From positions 68,773 through 132,772 of IMG/VR virus record IMGVR_UViG_3300044691_000355: 64,000 nt of DNA, one strand, 5' to 3'. The notes under the pieces are model-generated. The model made no database searches. It worked only from the letters and a program-made list of their open reading frames with translations, and was not told the DNA's origin. Of this stretch, positions 18,758 to 29,124 are shown piece after piece (positions within the stretch are counted from its first letter, which is position 1; every line of letters begins with the position of its first letter). Made by a program: the position numbers and the translations under genes. Origin of the DNA: a virus.

Positions 18758-20325
18758 GAGTGGTGTGCCGGTGCTGATAGGTAGGCCACGTTCGTCGTGT
18801 TGCCGCTGTTGTCTTCAATGCTCAAGCCGCCGATCGTCGCGCCGCTGACACCAAGATCAGCCAACGGAATCTCATACACGGTGTAGTTAGGCGAACCGCT
18901 GCTCCAGTTGATGCCGTAGTCCGCATCGCAGTAGGTGAGGCTTCCCGCGGAGATCGTGATCGGTGTGCCGGTGGGTGAACCTGAAGTGTCGTAATACTGA
19001 ACTTTCCAGTCATTGCCGGTCAGTGTCGGCGTGATTGCGAAGGTCAAATGAGTATGCGGCGTAAGATCGAAGCCGCCCGCAAAGTTCACGCGCCACTTGG
19101 CGTGGGCGGCGGTCATGGTGAGTTTGATCGCCTGCATCTGCGTTTGCAGCCAAGTACTGCAACAGCTTTGGCCGGTGAAATTGCCGCCCGGCGAGCTGAC
19201 CGTCCACGACGTACCGGAACCGCTGGCTATCGTGCCCCACACGACGGGCTGTGCGCCGGTCTGGAAGTAGACTAATTGCTCACCGATGACGGGCGTAGAG
19301 CCTGTCAACCCCGATATCGTCAAAGCCGAACCGATTAGCGTGCCGGTGAAAGAATTGGCCTTTGGCGGCTGATTGCACGAGTACAGCGCGGAGTTGACGG
19401 TGGTCGGATTGAACGCATAGTTCGCGGTTAGGCCTGTGCTCGCATCCGTCCATCCCGCTTGAAGTCCCGCAACGTTCGGATCACCGTTGTGAATCCACGA
19501 AAGATTTCCGGCGACAAACTGAACGTTGTCCAATTGAAAACTTAGGCCAGTCGGGAAATTGCCATTGTCTTGCATCGCGAACTTGTAGTAGTTTCCCGAA
19601 CCCAGCACGCCGAAAAATGACAGCGGGACCTTCAAGCCGGTAAGCCACGTGTTAGGCGTCAGCGTGCCGATGCCGGGAACGTTTGGCAGCGAGTTGCAGT
19701 AGGCGCAGACATTGATGTCGTTGCCAGTCGAGCGGGTTGCGTGGCCGCTGACGCCGATGTTCGACCCAGTGGCGCAGTACAGGTCAAACTGCAGGTACGT
19801 ATACTGAGATATGTCCTGTCCGTTCGGGGGCGACACCGCCCAGTTGGTGGCCTGCTGCCAGCCGCTAGCCGGATGCACCAAATTAGATTGGGTATGACCA
19901 GGTTGCGGATTCCCGGTGTAATTATAATCGTGCGCCGGTGTGGCGCCGTACGAGTAATCAGTAAACGCAGGCCACTTGCTCGTATCAATCACGCCGTTCG
20001 AGTACATCATCAAATTGCCGCCGCCGCCGATGATGTATGAGGCGCTGCCGATGGAACTTGGCGTATGGCCCGGCGCGGTTGCGAGCACTCTAAGGATTTG
20101 GCTTGAACTCACCGTGATCGGTGTCGCATACACCGTACTTCCGGTTGTCGGCGTCGAACCGTCGACGGTGTAGTACATCGTGTTACTTGGCGTCGCACAC
20201 GATGGTGTCACGGTCTGCGCAGTTAAATATGAACCGGCAGCTGGCGAGAACGTGGGTGTCGCCGTTTGCGGAAGCGATGCCGCGACCACGTTTAAGTGAT
20301 ACGTCTTCGTGATCGAGCTTGGCAT
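18754..20325 (-). CDS. Virion decoration/adhesin: FN3-associated (chitobiase C-term-like) domain plus two CBM-like domains
   Basis: ATPTFSPAAGSY..YYTVDGSTPT; DISQYTYLQFDL and FDLTPHTHLTFAI..YEIPLADLG. Confidence 0.7.
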   Translation of the reverse strand: MPSSITKTYHLNVVAASLPQTATPTFSPAAGSYLTAQTVTPSCATPSNTMYYTVDGSTPTTGSTVYATPITVSSSQILRVLATAPGHTPSSIGSASYIIGGGGNLMMYSNGVIDTSKWPAFTDYSYGATPAHDYNYTGNPQPGHTQSNLVHPASGWQQATNWAVSPPNGQDISQYTYLQFDLYCATGSNIGVSGHATRSTGNDINVCAYCNSLPNVPGIGTLTPNTWLTGLKVPLSFFGVLGSGNYYKFAMQDNGNFPTGLSFQLDNVQFVAGNLSWIHNGDPNVAGLQAGWTDASTGLTANYAFNPTTVNSALYSCNQPPKANSFTGTLIGSALTISGLTGSTPVIGEQLVYFQTGAQPVVWGTIASGSGTSWTVSSPGGNFTGQSCCSTWLQTQMQAIKLTMTAAHAKWRVNFAGGFDLTPHTHLTFAITPTLTGNDWKVQYYDTSGSPTGTPITISAGSLTYCDADYGINWSSGSPNYTVYEIPLADLGVSGATIGGLSIEDNSGNTTNVAYLSAPAHHS

Positions 20326-20335
20326 TAGATATTCC

Positions 20336-23113
20336 TCATGAACTGTCCGTGAGCGTCACAGCAATGGTGTTCATCGATGTGCTCATCGGCGGCATACCGG
20401 TTATCGTCCATGTCGTCGTATCGCTACTAATCGTCGGCGGCGTTGCCCATGACGGAACCCCTGTAGCGCCCCATACATACGGCTTCACGCCACCACTGCC
20501 GGTGAGCGTTTGCGTATACGCCACGCCTTCTTCTGCATCGGGGAAATCTGGCGATGGCTCCATATCCAATGGATCTGGCGTCGGCGCGACACTGCCGCTC
20601 CAATAGGTGTAGTCGAGCGTGCCCGCAGGATCGCCCGCAGATCCAAATATCTGCACGGCAGCCGATGCAGAAATAACCGTGGTCGTGCCGCGATTCAGTT
20701 TCAGTATCGGAGTACCGGCTGCGAGCGGCATCGTGTACACGCTCAATCCGGCAGCAGCCGCGAACGTTGCGGATGCCGTCCCCACGCTGATCGTGATCGT
20801 GCCCGGCGCCGTCAGCATCGCGACCACTTCTATCAGATCGGACGGCGTACCAGCGACGCACGTGAAGTTGTCCACTTGACTCGGATGCGCGGCGCCGATC
20901 GGCATGCGTCTATAAAAATAGTACAGCCGATCTGCAACAATGGTCGGTGGCGATCCGGTCAAATACGATGCGGCGTAATACGCGCCCAGGTCTGAAAACC
21001 CATTGCCCATGTTTGGATTCAGCGTCGCATCCGTGCACGGCTGGATTTGGCTTGACTCTGAGAAGTCGCTCCACGTCACATACTGCACCCAGTCCGAGCC
21101 GCCATTAATCGCGCTCTCCCACGACTTGCGCATGGTTTGGCTATTGTTAGCTTCCCAAAATATTTGGTCTTTCGACCTGAATTGCTGCATCGAAATCGGC
21201 ATCATGTACTTGAGGCCGTTGCCGTGGGCGATCGTAGGATTCGGCTGTAGCGCGATCGCGGCACTCGGTATCGCGGTTCCCCATGCGCCGAGGCCATAGC
21301 TCACCGGATCAAGAGAACCCGCATCGGACGGACCACCGAGCAACACAGGAATGAATTTGGTGGTGATGCCAGCGCCAGCCAAAGTGGTCATCATCGACGT
21401 CCAATACGATGCCGCCTGCAGGTCTGCCTTATAGGCCGCGAATAAAATCTCACCGGTCGATAGCGTGTAGATGCATGGCTTGCTGGCGACCGCTTCAATA
21501 ATCGACGCTGCGTCTGCCGCGCTGATCGCGCCCAATGACACCATGTCGAGCATGACCATAATCATGAATCGAGCGTCAACCACCGCAGCCGCCGCCAACA
21601 ACGTTTGCAGTTTGCCGGTAGGGCTCAAGGCATCGGCGAGATTTAAGACATCGAATGCGAACGCCGTGATGCCGCGCGCCATCGCCATGCGAACTTCAGT
21701 TTCCATGTTGTCTTGCACGTAGGTGCTTGGCGACCCAGGCACTACCGGCAGCGGCCGCTGCCGCAAATAGCCGCCGTATGCCTCGTGACTGCCTGCCTCG
21801 CCCAGGGGGTCAAGAAACTGATTGTTGTAGTAGTCCATCGCCGCTGGCAGGTTGTCGAACGACAGTGGGAAGAAACCAAAATAATGGGCAAATACGACTT
21901 TGGATGACCCGAACATCGTGGCCAAATCCGGCATCAGGAAGGGCAAGCCAGCGACAACTCCACCTCCGCCGCCACCACCTCCGCCGCCACCACCTCCGCC
22001 GCCACCACCTCCGCCGCCGCCCGTTCCATCATCGAGCGACGCCGTCACGACTACAGTTCCCGAGTCTAGGTCCGTCATCATGGAAACCGCCTCACCATCG
22101 CCATCGGTGATTGCCGGGAAGCCCACGAATTCGACGATATCGGTACTCGGCGTGAAATCGATGATGGCACCGCCGATCGGTTCTCCAAGATCACCGAACA
22201 GGCGTGTCAACACCGGCACTGAGTTGTATTTGCGCGGTGCTGCTAGCGGAATCGGGTCCATCAAGCCGGTAGCAATCGGCATCGGAAAATAGCCGTTGAT
22301 CGTGCTGGTGTTTTGCCCAGTGGTATCTGGCGGCGTGTAAACCCAGGATAAAAAGCGTCGATACTTCGTGTCCCACGTGACGGTGACGCCAGGTAGCGCT
22401 GGATTGAACGCATCTTGAATCCGAAAGGAGGACAGCACGATGCCTAACGTGTAGTCGATCAAGCACATCACATGATCCGCGGTCATCACGTAGCAGCGGC
22501 CCGTGGACTCAGGCATGATCTGCACCAGATTGGCGGGCAGCGTGACGGTGCTAATCAATGCGCCTGTGGCCAAATTGTGGATACGCAACTGATTGGCGAC
22601 GTTCGCGCCCAGCAGCACTAAGTTATTGGAGGCGTCAATATTGAAAGCATCCACCGACGTAATGCCCGCGAACAACGAGAAGTCAAAAGCCACGACGCCA
22701 TCGCTGGTGACGCCAAGCACAGGGTCCACCTGGCACTTGAAGACTTTAAACGTCTCATCACAGCGGTAGATGGTGCCGTCGAGCGCTTGCGCGAATCGCG
22801 AGAAAATAAACAGCGTTGCTGTCGAATCGATGCGGCCTAAGTATTCACCTGTGGTCGCGTTGAAGCGATACAGCGTGTAGTTAAAGCCTGGAAAGAACAC
22901 CATGTTTTGCGTAAGCCACAAGTAGATCACTTCGTAGCCGTCAACCAATTGCTCTTGGTTCAAGAAAATGACCGTGACACCTAAGCCGTCATACTCTTCG
23001 CCATAGATGCGCGGCGGCGTGGTCAACTCGGAGTGATAGATTTGCGCGCCGCCCGAGATGTTTCCTGGCAAGCGGTAAGCGAAGGGCTGAGATTGAAAGG
23101 TTTCGAGCAGCAT
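20336..23113 (-). CDS. Tail protein: propeller-like N-term, poly-Gly linker, GH71-like glucanase domain, C-terminal Ig-like domain
   Basis: KVVFAHY, GITAFAFD, QYVTWSDFSESSQIQP, LYYFYR motifs of GH71; He_PIG-like C-terminus. Confidence 0.75.
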   Translation of the reverse strand: MLLETFQSQPFAYRLPGNISGGAQIYHSELTTPPRIYGEEYDGLGVTVIFLNQEQLVDGYEVIYLWLTQNMVFFPGFNYTLYRFNATTGEYLGRIDSTATLFIFSRFAQALDGTIYRCDETFKVFKCQVDPVLGVTSDGVVAFDFSLFAGITSVDAFNIDASNNLVLLGANVANQLRIHNLATGALISTVTLPANLVQIMPESTGRCYVMTADHVMCLIDYTLGIVLSSFRIQDAFNPALPGVTVTWDTKYRRFLSWVYTPPDTTGQNTSTINGYFPMPIATGLMDPIPLAAPRKYNSVPVLTRLFGDLGEPIGGAIIDFTPSTDIVEFVGFPAITDGDGEAVSMMTDLDSGTVVVTASLDDGTGGGGGGGGGGGGGGGGGGGGGVVAGLPFLMPDLATMFGSSKVVFAHYFGFFPLSFDNLPAAMDYYNNQFLDPLGEAGSHEAYGGYLRQRPLPVVPGSPSTYVQDNMETEVRMAMARGITAFAFDVLNLADALSPTGKLQTLLAAAAVVDARFMIMVMLDMVSLGAISAADAASIIEAVASKPCIYTLSTGEILFAAYKADLQAASYWTSMMTTLAGAGITTKFIPVLLGGPSDAGSLDPVSYGLGAWGTAIPSAAIALQPNPTIAHGNGLKYMMPISMQQFRSKDQIFWEANNSQTMRKSWESAINGGSDWVQYVTWSDFSESSQIQPCTDATLNPNMGNGFSDLGAYYAASYLTGSPPTIVADRLYYFYRRMPIGAAHPSQVDNFTCVAGTPSDLIEVVAMLTAPGTITISVGTASATFAAAAGLSVYTMPLAAGTPILKLNRGTTTVISASAAVQIFGSAGDPAGTLDYTYWSGSVAPTPDPLDMEPSPDFPDAEEGVAYTQTLTGSGGVKPYVWGATGVPSWATPPTISSDTTTWTITGMPPMSTSMNTIAVTLTDSS
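21959..22021 (-). repeat. 15-bp tandem repeat (GGCGGCGGAGGTGGT, ~4 copies) encoding 21 consecutive Gly
   Basis: Directly visible. Confidence 0.95.
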
Positions 23114-24039
23114 CAGAAGTTAAACTGCGCGTCGACGGCGACGCTTCCCGATGAGCCCACAGGGATGATCAATGTGTTGATGGCGGTCCCAGTGGCATCG
23201 GTCGCGCTTTGTGGTTCAGCCAATGTTCCGGTACCCGACCCAATTGACCAATTGATCAATTCGCCTACACACGGCTCACTTTGCGCGCCGAGTAATTGCA
23301 CGCTGACTTGAGAGGCGATACCTGCCCCGACAGAAGGTGAGGCAACAGGGTTTGATAACGAATCCGGTGCCGTCGCATCCGCCAAGATTTTTATCTGCTG
23401 AGATTTCATCTCGACAAAGACATCGTACTTCGGCACATACCAACAGCCGTCTGGCGCCTCACCGATAAATAACGTCGCGCCAATTTGCGTTTTTAAGGAC
23501 ACATCATAAAAGCGTATCTGCCCGGCATTGAAGATGAGGCAAATTTCGGTGGTCGAGCGCCCGCGCGACACATTGACCAGCGTGCCGCCCGTGAAAGGTG
23601 CGGCAAAGGTGTACTCAGGCGTAAACGTCGTGCCGTCGTGCGTGGCCAGCACTTGCACATCGGAACCGGTGTTATAGAAAGCCAAATACCGATCCGCTGC
23701 GATCACCTTGATGCGAAATACTGAAACGCCCGTGAGCAAAGAAACTGGGTCCGGATTGCCAGCCAGATAATTGAAGTTGAAAAGATCCGTGACCGTGGCG
23801 ACCGCAAGACCGCGGACACTGCGAAGGTCGAGGACGGGGCTAAAGCTCGAGCCGTTGAAAGTGCTGCGCGGACCTTGCGCATTGCCGTCCATCTGCACCG
23901 CGTAGAATCCATAGGCTGAAACAGGATTTACTACTGCCAGCAGCCCCAACCCCCGCATCCACGTATAGCCGGTGACGGATGCGACCGGCACACCGCCGAC
24001 GTTGACATTCACAGGTCCGTATAAGACCTCAAGCGCCAT
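23113..24039 (-). CDS. Tail protein with C-terminal Ig-like (Big_1-type) domain
   Basis: GELINWS..GTL..STDATGTA. Confidence 0.65.
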   Translation of the reverse strand: MALEVLYGPVNVNVGGVPVASVTGYTWMRGLGLLAVVNPVSAYGFYAVQMDGNAQGPRSTFNGSSFSPVLDLRSVRGLAVATVTDLFNFNYLAGNPDPVSLLTGVSVFRIKVIAADRYLAFYNTGSDVQVLATHDGTTFTPEYTFAAPFTGGTLVNVSRGRSTTEICLIFNAGQIRFYDVSLKTQIGATLFIGEAPDGCWYVPKYDVFVEMKSQQIKILADATAPDSLSNPVASPSVGAGIASQVSVQLLGAQSEPCVGELINWSIGSGTGTLAEPQSATDATGTAINTLIIPVGSSGSVAVDAQFNF

Positions 24040-24250
24040 ACTGCGCCTCGATCACCGCCGTGGTGCCGGATGTACCTGGGACGTACTTCGCCGCAGCTCG
24101 CCCCTGGGCATCGGTGAAATGAGTGATCGGCGTTAAGGTGCCGTCTCCGGAGGCGATCGACCACGTAACCGCTCGATTCGGCAAGCCTGACAGCACCACC
24201 ATAGCCCCGGTCGAATCGGCGTAGACGCTGGACGGATAGACGGTCAGCAT
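24029..24250 (-). CDS. Small stand-alone Ig-like tail protein
   Basis: VTWSI..GTLTP..TDAQGRA. Confidence 0.65.
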   Translation of the reverse strand: MLTVYPSSVYADSTGAMVVLSGLPNRAVTWSIASGDGTLTPITHFTDAQGRAAAKYVPGTSGTTAVIEAQYGA

Positions 24251-27200
24251 CAGCGTTTCGCGTACGCGTCGACGATGTAGCGGTCGATGAAATCCTGCAT
24301 CGTCATGTTCGCGTGTTCAGACGACAGGACCAAATTGACAGCGGTCGGAGCGCCCTGGCCGGCGTAGCGTGGCGCGCCGACGCCTCCAGACACTTGCCCA
24401 GCCGCTCGTGGCATCGACACGCTTGGCGTGTTCGTGGCGGGCGCCGCAGGTAGCACGATGCCGCCGTCGGCATAGCCTTGCGCAGAGAACATCCGTGGCA
24501 CGGCGTAAGCGCTGCCGAGCTGCGCCAGCCTGCCGGTGCTTTCAGGCCCGGTCGGGCCGCCCGGATAGACGAAGCCGCCGCTGGAATAGCCGCCCTCGCC
24601 CCAGGACGACACCGCGGCCATGCCCTTGTCATTGAAGGCGGTCAGGAACTGCATGGCCCCTGGCTGACTCACCACTTCGGCCCGATGCACGAATTCACCG
24701 GCATGCACGACGCCTGCAGGCTCGTATTTGCCGCCGGCCCCGGTGTAGCCGCCGGCGTCGTAAACCGGTGGCAACGTCGAGGCAAGGCCTGAGATGGTAG
24801 TGGGATCCAAGGCTGGCGCGGTGGCTGAGATGGCGCCGCTAGTCAGGTCCGGACCCGCACCGCTCGAGGGTCCTTTGAGCCCCTTCGTCGCTATGCCCGC
24901 GAGGCCCATCACCAATGAAAAAATGCCCTTATCGCTGTTCGTTTTGCTGTAGGTATTACTGCCGCCCGCAGCCAAGCCCGTGCCCGGTTGTGTCGCGGCG
25001 TTACCCAGGCTGGCGATAAATTGGGTGATCGTCTGTCCGGCGATCTGCCCGCCTTGCGCCATCGAGGCGGTAAGCGTGCTACCCGCTTGGTTGCCGCCCG
25101 TGTTGAGCGCCGTGTTGATCGTGGCGCCGACCTGATTGACCGATGTCGGCGAGATTGTGGCGGCCGGCGCATCCGCGGGGGTCAATCCCGAAAAGGCAGG
25201 CGATTTGACCGCGCCGCCATCGGCGTAGCCAGCTCCCTTGACGAACCCGCCGCCCGCGTAACCAGCGACAGCTTGCATGCCGCGATCGTTGAAGTCAGAC
25301 AGGAATGACAGCGCGCCGGGCTGCCTGACGACCTCAGCGCGGTGCACGAACTCCTGGCCATGCACGATGCCCGCCGGTTCTCGCGTACTACCTGAGCCCG
25401 TGTAGCCGCCCGTGGCAAGGGGCACCAACAGCGATGTAGCGTCCGGGCTTACCGCAGGCGTCCCGCCGCCAAGCCCGAACAGAGGGCCTAAGTCGCTTCC
25501 GCCGACAGAGCTCGGATTGGCGCCCGACAGCGATTCGGTGATGGCGGTCGCCAAGGTGGTCGCGCCGGTCGCGAAAGATGCGCTTAAGGCCGTCGACACG
25601 GTGCTCGAGCCAGCGGTGAACGCCGCTGAGATGGGCGCCGCGCTGGCCGCCGCACCCGCGATCCCCGTGGCACCGGCAACGCCAGCCGTCGGCGGTTTGA
25701 TACCGAAAAACCCAGCAACGGACGGCAGCACGCCTGCAAAGCCACTCGGCTGCGCGCCACCTGGAGCCGATCGAGGGCTGAACAGTGACGTGCTCAAATC
25801 GTTGACCAGCCCCTTGGTGAACGTCGAGACAAAGGCATGCTCCAGCGACTTCTCGATATTCTTGACCGCTTGATTGGCCGTCTCGGTTTTCTCGATCACG
25901 CCATCGAGCGCGGAGGACACAGAGCTTTCAAACGCGCCCTTCATCGCGGCGGTCAGTTCGCTTGTGTGCGTCTTAAGCTCAAGTATCTTGAGGCTTAGCT
26001 CACCGATTTTTTCACGGTACGCATCGGCCGCTGGTCCGCTTTGCGCATTGGCCAATGCCTGGTAGATCGGGATTTGTTTAGCGAGTGATTCAGCTTCGGC
26101 ATCGTTAGCGGCGATGATTTTTTGTTGAGCCGCGGCGTGCGAGATTAACCCGGCAGACTCTTCGATCTGCACGGTCTTGGACACCGTGGCGTTGGCCTTT
26201 TCCGAAACAGAGATGGCTTTGTCAGCCTCGGTGGCCTTATCGGCAAGCTGAGCCACCGCTTGTAATTGCGTGGTCGCATCCTTCAACTGACCCACAAGTC
26301 CGATAAACGCGGCCTTGCCGGAAGCCTGGGATTCGGCTTCCAAGTCCTTGAGCGTCCTATCCCACTGTTTATGAAACGCATCGATTTCGGATTGCGCCGT
26401 GTTGCCTTGAAGCCGGGCGGTCTGCGCCTGCACACCTTCGATCTGGCCCGGCAATGTGGCCTGATCTTTTTCGGCACGAAGGTCGGCCGCTGCCTTGTCG
26501 GCCGCTGCGGCGTCGGCGAGATACTTAGTTCGCAGCGACAGGGCGGTATTGATGCCTGCGGCGGTTTTTAAGTACTCATTCGCAGCGTCAACGTTTTTAG
26601 TTTCCGCAGAAGCAAGGCCCGCGGCGACGGCGAGGCGCTCAGATTCCGTGCGACTGATTTCCTCTTGCAAGGTAAGGTCTTTGGCATTTAGCGATTTGTC
26701 TGCGGTGGCACCTTGCTCGGCGACATCGGCACGCGTGGCCTTTTGAAACAGCACCGCGCGTTCCGGCTGGCTGATCTTGGAGGCTTTGGTGGCATCCGCG
26801 AGGTATATCTTCAACGCCTCGACGTTCTTATTCTCATCCGCGACCAGACCTTGGGAGATGTTGCGCCGCTCGTTTTGCGCGCGGTTGATCGCTTCATCCA
26901 ACTGCAGGCTCTTTTCCTTGAACGTGTTTTCCTGCTTGCCGAGCTGCTGGTTGATCGCGGTAATACGATCTTGGAATACCGCGCGATTCGCAGGATCAGT
27001 GATTTCACCCGGCGTATTCAGGGCCTTTTGCAGCGCCTCACGCTTTACGATCAGTTCTTGTATGACGGCTGATTGCGAGCGCAAGCCTTGCGTCAATTTA
27101 TCGACGCGCTGAAATTCTTGGGCGAGCGATGCTGCGGTGGCTTGTGATTGCGCGGTAGCGGCTGCTTTCGAGGCGGTGTTGGCTTGCTCGGTACCGGTGC

Positions 27201-29124
27201 TTGCCGTGACACGACCCGGGCCGCCTGCCGTGGTCTGCGCCCTGCCTGCCAATGCCTGTAATGGGCCGGGCAGAATGGCGGTAATCGCCGGATTGGCGAA
27301 TATGGCTGCAAAGGTATCATCCAGACCCTTGCTGCCATCGCGTACCGCATTGATGGCCTTCGCCATGGCGTTGAATGATCCGGTCAGCGTGGCAAGCACA
27401 CCCGTGATCACTGCTGACTCTGAGAACTGCGTCGATGCGCCGTGCCACGCATTGCCGAGATTTTGAATCGAGGTCTGAAGCGGCGTTAGGTTCTGCTGTG
27501 CCAACCCCTTCGTTTTTTCCTGCAAGGCATCGATAAGCGCCGCGCTGGCTTCGGCTTCCTTGCCCTCATTGTGCAAGCGCTCAATGGTCAACTGCTGATC
27601 CGGGGTGAGCGCAATATGCGCCTGCTGCAAGCGGCGCAGACCTTCGATCGGGCTTTCGAGCGCTCCCGACAGAACTTTCGCAGCTTCCGGTACCTTGACA
27701 CCGAGCGCTGCGGCTAGATCACCGAGAATCGATGCGGCTTCCTTAAATTGAGCCACGTCCGCGAACGGCGCACGGACCAACGCATCAACCGACGCAGTGG
27801 CTTCCCCGCGATTGACGCCGTGCAATTGCTGGATGAGATCGATGGTCTGGCGAATCTGATCATCCGAGACCAACGCGCTTTTGCCCGTCGCGGTCAGTGC
27901 AGTCTGAATGAGTTTGACAGACTCGGCGGCCTTTTCGGCCTGATAGCTGAGGACGCCCAACGTTGCTGCGGTTGCGGTAGCCGCGACGCCTGCGATGATC
28001 AGTGGGCTAGACAATGCCGCCATCGCAAGCGCAGCGAGATTGCCTTGCTGCGCGAGAAGCGTGAACGATCCTGGGATTCGCGAGTAACGACCCGCCGACA
28101 ACTCGCGCAAGATCGTGAGGCTTTCACGGATCTGCAGCGAACTCAACTGCACGGCCTTACCGCCTTCCTTGACGGCTTTGCCAAGCAAATCTTCGGCCTT
28201 GGCTGCGGCTTTCGCTTCGGCTTCACTCGCCTGCAGCGCGGTCAGCTTGTTGGCGAGACCCACTGCCAGCGTCGATTCTTCCTGGCTTAAGCCTGCCTGC
28301 GCCGCGCGGTAGGCGGCGACTTCTGCGGGCGATTTACCGAACAGGTCAACTTGTTCTTTGAGTCCCGCGGTGAGCGGCGATAAATTCGTATTCGCGGCTT
28401 GCGCCGCGCGGCCAACGTCGGCATACGCCGTCTCCATCTGCTTGTTCTGCGCGATGACAGTGCCAGCGGTACCGGTAAAACTGCTTGCCGCGCGCTCCGC
28501 TTCAGTGACCGTGTTGCTGAGCGAAGCGGAACGGATGATGGCCACGCGCTTAAGTTCGTTCTCAACTGCCGCAGTCGCCGTTTCCGCAGCAACCACACGC
28601 TCCGCCGACGCAGAGAGCGCCTTGCTGTCATCCTCGATCTGCTTGGCATCGCTCGCCGCGGCGACGCCTCCGCCAGCCGCTGGATTGATAGCGGCGGCCA
28701 CCGATGCAACCGCGACAGCAGTGCGGTCCGGTATCGCACCAGCCGGGGCAAGCTCAGCCGGCGTCTGCGCAACAAAACGCCCGCTGGCATCCCGCCCAGC
28801 TCGCGCGGTGGCCTGCTGCGCACTCGCAAGATTCTTCTCAGCGCTCGCCGCCTGGTTGGCCGCTGTCGCTTCATCCTTGAGCTTTTGCGCCAACTGGCTC
28901 GAGCTGCTGATCTCTTGCGTGGTGGCTTTGGTGGCGTCGGTTACCGCCGACGTCATCGCTTTGGTTTGCGACGTGGCGGAGGACTGCGAACCCTTCAACG
29001 CATTGGTAGCCGCATCCGCACGCGCAGCCGATGCCGTGAATTTGTCGAGCGCCGCAGCTCCTGCAGTTGCACTGGTCGCATCGACTGCGATCTTTAGGCC
29101 AGCGACTTCGGTTGACTCAGCCAT
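24250..29124 (-). CDS. Tape measure protein
   Basis: >1600 aa Ala-rich helical; lambda gpH-like motifs (TLLAQQG; GGYTG..EPAGxVH.EFV); start MAESTEV at 29124 after GAGGG. Confidence 0.92.
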   Translation of the reverse strand: MAESTEVAGLKIAVDATSATAGAAALDKFTASAARADAATNALKGSQSSATSQTKAMTSAVTDATKATTQEISSSSQLAQKLKDEATAANQAASAEKNLASAQQATARAGRDASGRFVAQTPAELAPAGAIPDRTAVAVASVAAAINPAAGGGVAAASDAKQIEDDSKALSASAERVVAAETATAAVENELKRVAIIRSASLSNTVTEAERAASSFTGTAGTVIAQNKQMETAYADVGRAAQAANTNLSPLTAGLKEQVDLFGKSPAEVAAYRAAQAGLSQEESTLAVGLANKLTALQASEAEAKAAAKAEDLLGKAVKEGGKAVQLSSLQIRESLTILRELSAGRYSRIPGSFTLLAQQGNLAALAMAALSSPLIIAGVAATATAATLGVLSYQAEKAAESVKLIQTALTATGKSALVSDDQIRQTIDLIQQLHGVNRGEATASVDALVRAPFADVAQFKEAASILGDLAAALGVKVPEAAKVLSGALESPIEGLRRLQQAHIALTPDQQLTIERLHNEGKEAEASAALIDALQEKTKGLAQQNLTPLQTSIQNLGNAWHGASTQFSESAVITGVLATLTGSFNAMAKAINAVRDGSKGLDDTFAAIFANPAITAILPGPLQALAGRAQTTAGGPGRVTASTGTEQANTASKAAATAQSQATAASLAQEFQRVDKLTQGLRSQSAVIQELIVKREALQKALNTPGEITDPANRAVFQDRITAINQQLGKQENTFKEKSLQLDEAINRAQNERRNISQGLVADENKNVEALKIYLADATKASKISQPERAVLFQKATRADVAEQGATADKSLNAKDLTLQEEISRTESERLAVAAGLASAETKNVDAANEYLKTAAGINTALSLRTKYLADAAAADKAAADLRAEKDQATLPGQIEGVQAQTARLQGNTAQSEIDAFHKQWDRTLKDLEAESQASGKAAFIGLVGQLKDATTQLQAVAQLADKATEADKAISVSEKANATVSKTVQIEESAGLISHAAAQQKIIAANDAEAESLAKQIPIYQALANAQSGPAADAYREKIGELSLKILELKTHTSELTAAMKGAFESSVSSALDGVIEKTETANQAVKNIEKSLEHAFVSTFTKGLVNDLSTSLFSPRSAPGGAQPSGFAGVLPSVAGFFGIKPPTAGVAGATGIAGAAASAAPISAAFTAGSSTVSTALSASFATGATTLATAITESLSGANPSSVGGSDLGPLFGLGGGTPAVSPDATSLLVPLATGGYTGSGSTREPAGIVHGQEFVHRAEVVRQPGALSFLSDFNDRGMQAVAGYAGGGFVKGAGYADGGAVKSPAFSGLTPADAPAATISPTSVNQVGATINTALNTGGNQAGSTLTASMAQGGQIAGQTITQFIASLGNAATQPGTGLAAGGSNTYSKTNSDKGIFSLVMGLAGIATKGLKGPSSGAGPDLTSGAISATAPALDPTTISGLASTLPPVYDAGGYTGAGGKYEPAGVVHAGEFVHRAEVVSQPGAMQFLTAFNDKGMAAVSSWGEGGYSSGGFVYPGGPTGPESTGRLAQLGSAYAVPRMFSAQGYADGGIVLPAAPATNTPSVSMPRAAGQVSGGVGAPRYAGQGAPTAVNLVLSSEHANMTMQDFIDRYIVDAYAKR

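Noticed and set aside
20326-20338. Stop-codon readthrough joining the 925-aa and 523-aa genes
   Set aside because: Downstream gene is in a different frame and has its own GAGGA RBS; no slippery sequence seen
21900-22292. Poly-proline ORF on + strand, or a CRISPR-like repeat
   Set aside because: Antisense shadow of the poly-Gly linker; repeats have no spacers and no cas genes are seen
13315-24250. Diversity-generating retroelement or invertible tail-fibre cassette
   Set aside because: No reverse transcriptase, invertase or TR/VR pair seen; repeats are ordinary protein-level duplications
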